Shown here: positions 43,066 through 51,340 of the stretch, piece by piece
Layout: the number at the start of each line of letters is the position of its first letter
How positions within the stretch are numbered: position 1 is the first letter of the stretch
IMG/VR virus record: IMGVR_UViG_3300042235_000109
Strand: one strand, 5' to 3'
From: a virus
Length of the DNA: 64,000 nt
The notes under the pieces: generated by a model
Databases searched by the model: none
Seen by the model: only the letters and a program-made list of their open reading frames with translations
Told to the model about the DNA's origin: nothing
Translations under genes and position numbers: made by a program

Positions 43066-44030
43066 CGCACCCCGCGCTGGCTGAGGCGTTCGGGCGTGAC
43101 CAGCCCGCGTGCCAGCATCAATCCGCACATGGCGGTGCTGATCATGCCCTTGGGCAGGTATTCGTCGGAGTTGACCTTGGCGGCATAGAACGCGGCCAGC
43201 TCATCCTCGCTGGGCGGGGGGGCTGCATCTGCCTTGCGCCGCCGCTTGGCTTTTGTTCCCTTCGCAGTCGCGATGGCCGCCTGTGCATCGCGCTGGGCCG
43301 CCCGTTCCATGAACCGATCCAGTGCCTTGGGCCCATCGGGCGGCTCGGGATGATCGCGCCGGGTCTCGACGGCAATCTCGAGGATCCTGTCTTCGGTCAG
43401 CCCGAGATCGTCGATCCAGCGGCGAACATGGGTGCGGGCTGGCCAGCCCTGCCACCAGGCGGGCAGGGTAGCGTTGGCGGCAAAGCCCAGCGCTTGCAGC
43501 AGCTCTGCGAAGAACAAATCAAACTCAGCCTCGCGCGCCTGCGCGCCCTCCTCCTCCTTTACTGGTTCCCTTAAAGGTTCTCTTACAAGGTTAGTCTCCG
43601 GATTCCGGAGATGGCTTTGGGCAAAATCCGGAGATGGCTTTGCCGAAAATCCGGAGATGGCTCCATCTCCACTTTCCGGAGTTGGGTTGTCATTCTGTTC
43701 CGCGTCCGTTCCTTCAAGGCCGTCTCCGGATTCCGGAGTTGGCTCTTGTGGAAAGCCGTCTTCGAACCCCAGGATGTAGCGCGTGGCCTGCCGCTTGTGG
43801 GTGCGCGGATCATGGGTGCGGACGCGGTGGATCAATCGCAGTTCCTCGAGCCGGGCGAGGTGGTCGTTCAGCGCCGAGATCGACATTTCCGCATCATCGG
43901 CCAGTCGTGCCTGCGTCGGAAAACACCCGAAGTCAGGGTTGTGCCGGTCGCAGAGGAACCAGAGCACGATCTTGGTGGCGGGCTTCAGCCCGCGCTGCTG
44001 GATCGCCCAGACGGTTGCCTTGTGGCTCAT
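43062..44030 (-). CDS. HTH replication initiator-like protein
   Basis: CFPTQARLADDAEMS HTH; internal iterons. Confidence 0.75.
   Translation of the reverse strand: MSHKATVWAIQQRGLKPATKIVLWFLCDRHNPDFGCFPTQARLADDAEMSISALNDHLARLEELRLIHRVRTHDPRTHKRQATRYILGFEDGFPQEPTPESGDGLEGTDAEQNDNPTPESGDGAISGFSAKPSPDFAQSHLRNPETNLVREPLREPVKEEEGAQAREAEFDLFFAELLQALGFAANATLPAWWQGWPARTHVRRWIDDLGLTEDRILEIAVETRRDHPEPPDGPKALDRFMERAAQRDAQAAIATAKGTKAKRRRKADAAPPPSEDELAAFYAAKVNSDEYLPKGMISTAMCGLMLARGLVTPERLSQRGVR
43604..43744. repeat. Iterons, putative prophage origin
   Basis: TCCGGAG(A/T)TGG at 43604, 43627, 43650, 43675, 43732, beside an AT-richer tract at ~43570-43595. Confidence 0.7.
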
Positions 44031-44422
44031 GGTGCCGCCCTCCGTGCCGGGAGCTGCACGCGGCTGGTGAAGCCGTTGTCGGCCAGCGCGCCGAGCGCAT
44101 CGTCGACCGAGCGGACCAGCGCCCAACTGAGCCCCTGTGCGCAGACCGTGTCGCGAAACACCTCCTGCGATTTCCGCAATCGGCCGGTCTCGCTCTTGAC
44201 CTCGAGGAACAGGACGCGGCCGCTGCAGATCACGATCAGGTCGGCAAAGCCCGCATGGACGCCCATGCCGACGAGGATCGACTGGCGCTTAGCGCCGCGA
44301 GGCCCGGCCTCGGTCACCTCGTTGGCGCAGTGATGCACAATGGCATCGCGGGGCAGGGCAAAGCGCAGCGCCTGCACGATGGCGCGCTGCAAATCGGCCT
44401 CGGGTGTGCCGTGCCGGGTCAT
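44027..44422 (-). CDS. VRR-NUC family nuclease
   Basis: EADLQ, G.ADL, FLEVKSETGRLRKSQ. Confidence 0.9.
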   Translation of the reverse strand: MTRHGTPEADLQRAIVQALRFALPRDAIVHHCANEVTEAGPRGAKRQSILVGMGVHAGFADLIVICSGRVLFLEVKSETGRLRKSQEVFRDTVCAQGLSWALVRSVDDALGALADNGFTSRVQLPARRAAP

Positions 44423-44688
44423 CGCACCACCTCCGGATTTCGCTGGTCATCGCCGCCCCGCCCTGGGGTCTTGGCATCAAGCACGACCAGCAGGATGCGC
44501 GCGTCCTCTCGCTCCTCAGGGGTTTCACCGTGCTGGACGAGTACGTTGCAGGCCAGTCGGATCAGATGGTCGGAATGATGCACCACATCGGCCACGACCA
44601 TGCGCGCCTCCCGCCGCCGCTCCTCGATCCAGTCGGCGCGCGCCCGATCCCGCGCCTGGCGCTTGCGGAAGGGAAAGGGCGCGGTCAT
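44419..44688 (-). CDS. Hypothetical protein
   Basis: 89 aa, coupled to both neighbours by 4-nt overlaps. Confidence 0.6.
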   Translation of the reverse strand: MTAPFPFRKRQARDRARADWIEERRREARMVVADVVHHSDHLIRLACNVLVQHGETPEEREDARILLVVLDAKTPGRGGDDQRNPEVVR

Positions 44689-44933
44689 CGCCGACCCCGC
44701 GACGGTGTCTTGCGTGCCTGTTCTCTGGCCTCAAGCCAACTGCGCACGGTGCTGCGCCGGTAATAGACCTTCCGCCCCAGCTTGATGCTCTGCGGGCCGG
44801 TGCGCCTCATGTCCCAACGCCACAGCGTGTCCTCCGACACCCCGAGGCTGATTGCCAGATCATGCCGACTGATCCAGTCCTCCAACAGGCCCATGTCGGG
44901 CCCTTCATGGCGGCTGTCCTGCGTATCCAACAT
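44685..44933 (-). CDS. AlpA/excisionase-like HTH protein
   Basis: LAISLGVSEDTLWRW...GP..IKLGRKVYYRRSTVRSWL. Confidence 0.85.
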   Translation of the reverse strand: MLDTQDSRHEGPDMGLLEDWISRHDLAISLGVSEDTLWRWDMRRTGPQSIKLGRKVYYRRSTVRSWLEAREQARKTPSRGRR

Positions 44934-45009
44934 CTGTGTTTCCTTCCCCTTTTGCGCCCGATTGCGGGCGATTGCGTCACGGGGTGCAGGGGAGCAGATG
45001 GCAGGGGGA

Positions 45010-45025
45010 GGCAGGGTGGCATAAA
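45010..45025. promoter_or_regulatory. 16-bp motif GGCAGGGTGGCATAAA upstream of alpA-like gene
   Basis: Identical copy at 47166-47181; both 77 nt from the ATG. Confidence 0.7.
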
Positions 45026-45223
45026 CCGGCGTATTCAATGCGGCCTTCGTGCCACCCCTTGTTTTATTGACGTTTTCTGGGAATTCCCATTTTTGCAGAG
45101 GCGAGTGTCTTGCTTGTATTAACAACCGAAAGTTGCACGATCAGAGTAAGGCCGGGGTTCCCTCGGCACGCCCGAGATCATGCCGCGCGCACCCCTTATG
45201 CAAACTTTGAAAGGGACGAAGCG

Positions 45224-45823
45224 ATGGCTTTACCACCACGTGTTTTCTGGGCTTTGGAGGATTTGGCGGTGCGTTGGGGATGCGCGCCTGCCGATATTGT
45301 CGGATGGGCGACCGAGGGAATCATTGAAATTGTTGTCAGCATTGGCTTGGTCCATTGCTGCGGCACTGAACCGCTGGTTGGGCTCGTGGCGGTCTGTGCT
45401 GAAGACATCATGCCGTTGTTTCGGCGCAATCGCTCAGATCCCGGAGCCTGCATGGTCTGGCGCATCCGGCCGCCGAGTAGCGAGACCTGGAAGATCATCA
45501 CCGATCCTGCCCAAGGCGCAACCATCGAACTGGACGATCTTCTGGTGACGGCAAAAACCGCCCAGCGCTTTGAGGATGAATACGATCCGCTGCACCGGGT
45601 TCATGTCAGCCCCGGGCGGTCGTCACGGCACGATTGGGAGGGGATGCTTCAGTCCCTGATGATCAGGTTGTTCGAGCATGGATTGCCGGAATCACAGGCC
45701 GAGCTTGTCGCGGAAGGTCAGGAATGGTTCGTGGCGCATGCCAAGGATGGGTCTGTTCCGGATGAAAGCCAGATCCGGCGCAAGCTCAGCCCGATTTGGC
45801 GGGCGCTCAAAAAACCGCAATAA
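45224..45823 (+). CDS. Hypothetical protein, divergent from alpA-like gene (candidate regulator)
   Basis: LEDLAVRWGC HTH-like N-terminus; PGR..RHDW...VPDESQIRRK C-terminus. Confidence 0.65.
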   Translation: MALPPRVFWALEDLAVRWGCAPADIVGWATEGIIEIVVSIGLVHCCGTEPLVGLVAVCAEDIMPLFRRNRSDPGACMVWRIRPPSSETWKIITDPAQGATIELDDLLVTAKTAQRFEDEYDPLHRVHVSPGRSSRHDWEGMLQSLMIRLFEHGLPESQAELVAEGQEWFVAHAKDGSVPDESQIRRKLSPIWRALKKPQ

Positions 45824-45850
45824 CGGCGTTGTTCCCCGTTCAGGGCGAGT

Positions 45851-47089
45851 TCAGCGCCCGCCCTGAACAATGCGCAGCTGCGGCTTCATCATCTCTGCGA
45901 CCGCATTGACCCCGTCGCGCAGCGGCGAGTCCATCATATGCGCATAGCGTTGCGTGGTGCGCATCTGAGAATGCCCCAGCAGCTTTCCGATCATCTCCAG
46001 CGACGCGCCCCCGCTGACCAGCAAGGAGGCGAAGGTATGGCGCAGGTCATGTATGCGCACGCCCGTAATCCCGGCCTCGGTCTGGATCTGACGCCAGAAC
46101 CGGCGGATTTCCTTGACCGGCTGGCCGGGCACATCACCGGGAAACAGCCACGGGCAATCCCGATGCACGGCGGTTTGCCTCTGGCGCACAATGGCGGCCA
46201 CATCCGGCGAAATCGGCAGACGGTGAATCTTGCGCTGCTTGGTGGTGGTCGCGGGCTTCGACCATGTGGCAAACTCGAGGTTGAACTGCTCAAACCGCGC
46301 GCAGCGCACCTCGCCAAGGCGGGCGCCTGTCAACATGCACATGCGGATGATGCTGGCGGCGCGCTGGTCCTCGGCCGTGCCCAGCGCCTTGGCCAGACGA
46401 TCAATCTCATCCATGCTCAGATAGCGTTCACGTTCGGTCTCGATGCGTCGGTGAAACCCCATCGCCGGGTTGTCGGGACGCATCTTCCACTGGACGGCGA
46501 GGTTGAACATCTTGCGCAGGACCTCGCCGGTTCGGTTGGCGCGGATCGGGGTCGGTTTCGACCCTTGCAGCTTGCGGGCGCGATTGTTGGGTTTGGCCTT
46601 GGACGGGCGGGCGCGGCCCTTTGCCACTTGGGCGAGCAGTCTGTCGACATCGTCGAGCGTGACCTCCTCGACCAGCTTGTGCTTCCAGACCGGCTGCACC
46701 AGCTTGCGCAGCATGGAAATCTGGTCGGCGCGGTTGGTCGGGGCCAGATTGGGCAGGTGGGTCTCGATATATCGGTCGATCAGATCCGGGATCCGGGGGG
46801 CCGTCATCCCGGCTTCCCGCTCGCCCAGCGGATCACCGCCATCGTCAATGATGCGGCGCAGCGCCTTGGCCTGTTCGCGCGCGGCGGTGACCGTCCATTC
46901 AGGCCATCTGCCGATCGTGAAGCGGCGCTGGCGGCCTTTGACACGGTAATCCAGCGTGAAATTTCTGCTGCCGGATGTGAAGACGCGCAGCGAAAACCCC
47001 CGCACGTCCTCGTCGAAGACCTGGTAGATGCCTGTGCGCGGCTCGGCGGCTTTGACCAGTTTTTCGGTCAGTTTTTCCCTTTGCGCCAT
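45851..47089 (-). CDS. Tyrosine integrase with N-terminal arm-binding domain (P4-like)
   Basis: TGARLGE, K, HDLRH, LLGH, TTQRY catalytic residues. Confidence 0.95.
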   Translation of the reverse strand: MAQREKLTEKLVKAAEPRTGIYQVFDEDVRGFSLRVFTSGSRNFTLDYRVKGRQRRFTIGRWPEWTVTAAREQAKALRRIIDDGGDPLGEREAGMTAPRIPDLIDRYIETHLPNLAPTNRADQISMLRKLVQPVWKHKLVEEVTLDDVDRLLAQVAKGRARPSKAKPNNRARKLQGSKPTPIRANRTGEVLRKMFNLAVQWKMRPDNPAMGFHRRIETERERYLSMDEIDRLAKALGTAEDQRAASIIRMCMLTGARLGEVRCARFEQFNLEFATWSKPATTTKQRKIHRLPISPDVAAIVRQRQTAVHRDCPWLFPGDVPGQPVKEIRRFWRQIQTEAGITGVRIHDLRHTFASLLVSGGASLEMIGKLLGHSQMRTTQRYAHMMDSPLRDGVNAVAEMMKPQLRIVQGGR

Positions 47090-47165
47090 GATAGACCACC
47101 TCCGTGCTGACGTGACACAGGCGTGATCCGCGCTGCAGTTCAACTCAAACATCGAGAGATGGGGT

Positions 47166-47181
47166 GGCAGGGTGGCATAAA
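47166..47181. promoter_or_regulatory. 16-bp motif GGCAGGGTGGCATAAA upstream of integrase
   Basis: Identical to 45010-45025. Confidence 0.7.
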
Positions 47182-47359
47182 GCGGCAAATGGAAATGATG
47201 AACTGTGCCGGTCCCTTTTTGTTCTGCAATGATAGGAGGAGCTCTGCGACGACTATCCCAAGCGGGCCGAGGGCTGCTTCGAGCCCATACCGGCTACTCA
47301 TCAAGAGCCAGAACGCCGCGATGCGGCTTTCGCATTCCTACCGTTCGTGCATCGTGCAG

Positions 47360-48409
47360 GGCTCTGTTGCACAAATCGGCTGATGGCCGAGGCTCCCCTT
47401 TCCCCGGACAGACTTATCCCACGGCCTCTGTGACAGGTATTCCGAGCGCGGTGTAGCCGTTCAGGACGGCGATCCGGACCTGGAGCTCCGCGACCTGACG
47501 GTCGAAGTCCCGTGCCATGAGCCGCTGGCCCATCAGTTTCACGCAAAGCATTTTCGTTTCGACGCGACTTCGGCGGTGGTATCCGCTCCATCGCCGCCAG
47601 AGCGCGCGGCCAAGGTATTTCGAAGCGCGCAGGGCCTCGTTACGGGCCACGGCCCCGGCGGTGACGGTCTTCCACGGTTTCGCGTTCTTGCGGGGCGGGA
47701 TGACGGCATGAGCGCCGCGCTCGGCGATCGCATCATGGCACTTGCGGGTGTCGTAGGCGCCGTCTGCCGTGACGCTGCCGATCTCCTGGCCCTCCGGTAT
47801 CTGGCTGAGAAGGTCGGGCAGCACCGGCGCATCGCCGATATGGCTCCCGGTGATCTCGACGGCTCGAACCTCCAGCGTTTGCTCGTCGATCCCGAGATGG
47901 ATCTTGCGCCAGACGCGCCGTTTCGGGCCACCGTGCTTGCGTGCATGCCATTCGCCTTCGCCCTCGACCTTGATGCCGGTGCTGTCGATCAGCAGGTGCA
48001 ACGGCCCTCTGGAGCCGCGATACGGGATGTTCACGGCGAGCGTCTTCTGGCGGCGAGACAGCGTGCTGAAGTCGGGCACCGACCAGCCAAGCCCGACCAG
48101 CCGCAACAAGCTTTCGACGAACCCGGTCGTCTGCCGCAGTGCCATGCCGAACAGCACCTTCATCGTCAGGCACGTCTGGATGGCGGTATCGCTGTAAGTC
48201 TGCTGGCGGCCACGCTTGCCTGTCGGCACGGCATCCCAGGTCATCTCGGGGTCGAACCAGATCGTCAGCGAGCCCCGGCGCTTGAGCGCTTCGTTATAGG
48301 CCGGCCAGTTCCTGGTCTTGTAGGTGGGGGATGTGGGTCTGCTCATGCATCCAAGCTACCACGCTGGATTCACGAGATGAATCCCTCACGGGATTTGTGC
48401 AACAGAGCC
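47360..48409 (-). mobile_element. IS5-family (IS903 group) insertion sequence, 1050 bp
   Basis: Perfect 18-bp terminal inverted repeats GGCTCTGTTGCACAAATC (47360-47377, 48392-48409). Confidence 0.95.
47414..48346 (-). CDS. IS5/IS903 DDE transposase
   Basis: NWPAYNEALKRRGSL, IDSTG, ADGAYD, YHRRSRVET. Confidence 0.95.
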   Translation of the reverse strand: MSRPTSPTYKTRNWPAYNEALKRRGSLTIWFDPEMTWDAVPTGKRGRQQTYSDTAIQTCLTMKVLFGMALRQTTGFVESLLRLVGLGWSVPDFSTLSRRQKTLAVNIPYRGSRGPLHLLIDSTGIKVEGEGEWHARKHGGPKRRVWRKIHLGIDEQTLEVRAVEITGSHIGDAPVLPDLLSQIPEGQEIGSVTADGAYDTRKCHDAIAERGAHAVIPPRKNAKPWKTVTAGAVARNEALRASKYLGRALWRRWSGYHRRSRVETKMLCVKLMGQRLMARDFDRQVAELQVRIAVLNGYTALGIPVTEAVG

Positions 48410-48410
48410 G

Positions 48411-48713
48411 TACGGCAGCGCAACTGGAGTATCCCACACAGCTGGGTTTAGAGAAGTCTTGCGCTGCAAACAGGCTACCACGTCGGCAGGACAGGTAATG
48501 TCTTTGGGTATATTGCTGCAGGGTGCAAAACAACGTGGGACCGATCCATATGCGCACTTGGTCGAGCACTTCACAAAGGAAGAGTTAGGAAGAATTTACT
48601 GTTTGCCATCCCACTCGCGCGAGCAGGTTGATTTCATGGTTGAGCTACGCGATCCGCTCGGGTTCTGCGGCAAAGATCTCCTAGAAGGGCTGTACGATCT
48701 TTTTGGTTGTTGA
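48411..48713 (+). pseudogene. 3' remnant of an unidentified gene truncated by the IS5
   Basis: Frame open from the IS end to TGA at 48713; lower GC. Confidence 0.35.
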
Positions 48714-49052
48714 TTGAATGGTGCGTAACGCCACGAAGAAGCAAGTATACCACACCACATAGGGTATGCGGCAGATGCGAACAAGAAACTTGCAAGCGCA
48801 GCTAAGGTCCGAAAGGTCCGCACAGCGGCAGCTGAAATTGTGAGTTTCCTGCACGATGATGCGACCAAGATTGATTGTAATCGCGCCGGTTCGAGTCAAC
48901 GCTGAGTCAACGGACATATGCGGTTTTGGGCCCATCCAGCGCGATTGAGTGCATGCGTATGTTGCTGGATGCCGGGTAACAAAATGCGTGAGAACAAAGG
49001 CTTGTCGGCTAAGCCGTTGAAATCTATAAGTCATTGGAATCGCTGGGGTTTT

Positions 49053-49099
49053 GGCTCATAACCTGAAGGTCGTAGGTTCAAATCCTACTCCCGCAACCA
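49053..49099 (+). other. att core: 3' half of tRNA-Met(CAT)
   Basis: GGCTCATAACCTGAAGGTCGTAGGTTCAAATCCTACTCCCGCAACCA; no D-arm or 5' acceptor strand upstream. Confidence 0.9.
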
Positions 49100-49127
49100 A
49101 ACTTTACTGATATATATCAAACACTTA

Positions 49128-49150
49128 GGCCGCCCTCGGGGCGGCTTTTG
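49128..49150 (+). terminator. Intrinsic terminator after att/tRNA fragment
   Basis: GCCGCCC-TCG-GGGCGGC then TTTT. Confidence 0.65.
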
Positions 49151-49280
49151 CGTGTCGCGTCGTGTTGCAAGCCCGTCCCGAACACTCCCCAAAGATTCCA
49201 AAGGCTTACGACCAGCCCCGATTCCTCCGTGTAACACGGATGCGACACGGGATGCGCAAAGTGTTCACGGCACGTTCCGT

Positions 49281-49661
49281 CTAACGAAGGAACGCCTCGC
49301 CCTTCTTGGCCCGCGCTACGGAGTATTCGACGATCCGGTCGATGACTCGGTCAGGAGTTTTCCATTTCATGACGAGCTTGCCCGGATCCATGCCGTACTC
49401 GGCCACAATGTCCCGTAGCTGGTCGAGTGTCAGCGGCTCAAGCTTCGTCCGGAGCGCGTCCTCCCCCTCTCGGGCGAGCGAAATCGGGTCGAGGATGGCA
49501 GCCGCGCGCCGGTGAGCGGATCGGCTCTTTTCCTCCTTCTCGGGCTTCGGTTCTAAGCCAAGGGCAGTCTCAAGCTCCTTGGCGAATTCCGGGTTCCGGT
49601 TGGCCTCCTCGATGACCACCTTTATCAAGTCTTGGAGTGTCTTCTTGAGCTTCATCTTCAC
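49281..49661 (-). CDS. Hypothetical protein coupled to ParA-like ATPase
   Basis: GTGA overlap with upstream stop; helical; LTLDQLRDIV segment. Confidence 0.7.
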   Translation of the reverse strand: MKMKLKKTLQDLIKVVIEEANRNPEFAKELETALGLEPKPEKEEKSRSAHRRAAAILDPISLAREGEDALRTKLEPLTLDQLRDIVAEYGMDPGKLVMKWKTPDRVIDRIVEYSVARAKKGEAFLR

Positions 49662-50740
49662 GCACCCAACTTGGCCAATATCTCTTTGGTCAGATTCGAG
49701 AAGCTCTCGTGTAGCCCCTGATATCCCCACTTCTGCTTGAGTGTGGCGTAGTTCGCATGTTCCCCAGCGGCTGCGATCTGGTTCGCTTGTGGGATCCGCG
49801 TCGCGAATACGGGCGGCCAGTTCCTCGGCTCGGCATCGTGGTTCTGCTTGAGCTGCTTGATCATGTTGCCATGCACGTTCGAATTGGCTTGGTACTTCTG
49901 GATAACGATGCCGAGGGGCTCGATTGGCTCGGCGATCTCCTCGGCAAATTCACGCACGCGTTTGACGATCTGAGGGATGCCGTACGTAGATAGGATGTCC
50001 GGGATCGTCGGGATGATGAAACCCTGTGACATCCGCAGGCCGTTCTGCGTGATCTTGCCGAGGTTCGGTGGGCAATCGACAATGACGACGTCATACTGCT
50101 CCACGATGTCCTTCACGGCACGCCACAGGATATCGAAGGGCCTGATCGCCCCGTACTTGCCGACCGGCGTGTTCACCAACTCATCTTGCACGTCGATCAG
50201 GTCCAGGCTCGAGGGAAGCAGGTCGATAGATCGCGCAGCAGAAACATCCGAGACGCGCTTCTGCAGCGTCTTCTCGAGGTCGAACTTCTTGCTCGAGGGG
50301 TCCAGCGCATCCTTAAATAGCTGAGCGAGCGTGTGACCTGCGTCGTTCAGTTCTCGCCAGCGCTCCTCACCAATCAGCATGGTGGTCGCGTTGGTCTGAG
50401 GGTCCAGGTCGATGACGAGAACCTTCTTGCCGAGCTCGCCAGAAAGCGTTTCGGCAAGCGCTACCGTCGTCGTGGTCTTTCCGACGCCGCCTTTCAAATT
50501 GATGGTCGAAAACACGTGGGCCATCGGTATCCTCCTTCTCCTGAGCCAAGCACTAACGTGCGAGCGCTTGAACACAGGACCAGAAGCGAGTTCGACGACT
50601 GGCTTTGGGAAGTCGGACATGCGGGTTCGCCAATTGGCTACCGCTTGCCGCGTTACCTTGGCCATGTCGGCAATCTCGTTGATGCCGACGAAATCCTCAT
50701 CCTCAGACACTTTGGGTGATCCTGTGAACAACGTAAACAA
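49658..50740 (-). CDS. ParA/Soj-family ATPase with N-terminal HTH (start uncertain)
   Basis: KGGVGKTT, DLDPQ.NAT, VDCPP; N-terminal GINEIADMAKVTRQAVANWR..FPKP. Confidence 0.85.
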   Translation of the reverse strand: MFTLFTGSPKVSEDEDFVGINEIADMAKVTRQAVANWRTRMSDFPKPVVELASGPVFKRSHVSAWLRRRRIPMAHVFSTINLKGGVGKTTTTVALAETLSGELGKKVLVIDLDPQTNATTMLIGEERWRELNDAGHTLAQLFKDALDPSSKKFDLEKTLQKRVSDVSAARSIDLLPSSLDLIDVQDELVNTPVGKYGAIRPFDILWRAVKDIVEQYDVVIVDCPPNLGKITQNGLRMSQGFIIPTIPDILSTYGIPQIVKRVREFAEEIAEPIEPLGIVIQKYQANSNVHGNMIKQLKQNHDAEPRNWPPVFATRIPQANQIAAAGEHANYATLKQKWGYQGLHESFSNLTKEILAKLGA

Positions 50741-50782
50741 GAAGTGTGTATGTTGCTCACAGAGCGCTTGTCAATCCTTCCG

Positions 50783-51127
50783 TCAAGCCGCCGCCGTCGC
50801 CACCCCATCCAGCCGCACAGCGACGCTGGTGACGCCGCTCCCGGCTGCCTCGACCGCCACGCCGATAGGGAAGCGTCCCGCAGCTGGGCTGCTCACTTCC
50901 TTCGCCGGGTTGTCCCACGAAACGCGCGCGCCGACCGTCAGTACCGCGGCGCTGGCCTTCGGCAGCTGGAACACGCCAGTGGTGGAAAGCTCGACCGGGT
51001 CGCCCTCGGCCGAAGAATAGGCGGCGATGCCGAAGATGCTGCCGACGATCAGCGCGTCGCCCGACGCGATGCCGCCCGCGGGCGTGGTGACGCGGACGAT
51101 GTGGCCGTTCAGGAGGTAGTTCTTCAT
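50783..51127 (-). CDS. DUF2190 capsid decoration/cement-like protein
   Basis: MKNY...G, GVFQLPK, IGVAVEAA...VRLDG. Confidence 0.85.
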   Translation of the reverse strand: MKNYLLNGHIVRVTTPAGGIASGDALIVGSIFGIAAYSSAEGDPVELSTTGVFQLPKASAAVLTVGARVSWDNPAKEVSSPAAGRFPIGVAVEAAGSGVTSVAVRLDGVATAAA

Positions 51128-51128
51128 C

Positions 51129-51338
51129 TCAGAGCCCTTTCGACGATTGGATGCGGACGACCGAGATGCGGTCGGTCGTCCCTGCGATCTGCCGGTTGAG
51201 GTCCGCTAACGCGGCAGCCATCTCGCCGTCGCTCGCGTAGGTGACGCGCTTGCCGTCGTATTCGACGGTGCGGATGCCCCGGTAGCGCGCGGCCATCAGG
51301 GCGTCCCGCCAGGCGGTGAGCTGGGCGAGGCCGGCCAT
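51129..51338 (-). CDS. Head completion protein (gpW-like)
   Basis: RYRGIRTVEYDGKRVTYASD; ends SKGL like the prophage gpW. Confidence 0.8.
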   Translation of the reverse strand: MAGLAQLTAWRDALMAARYRGIRTVEYDGKRVTYASDGEMAAALADLNRQIAGTTDRISVVRIQSSKGL

Positions 51339-51340
51339 GC

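Noticed and set aside
48681..49034. 117-aa minus-strand ORF near att
   Set aside because: No RBS or motif; overlaps arm-like repeats; probably non-coding
49053..49099. Intact tRNA-Met gene
   Set aside because: Only anticodon arm to CCA present; upstream sequence cannot form the D-arm or acceptor stem
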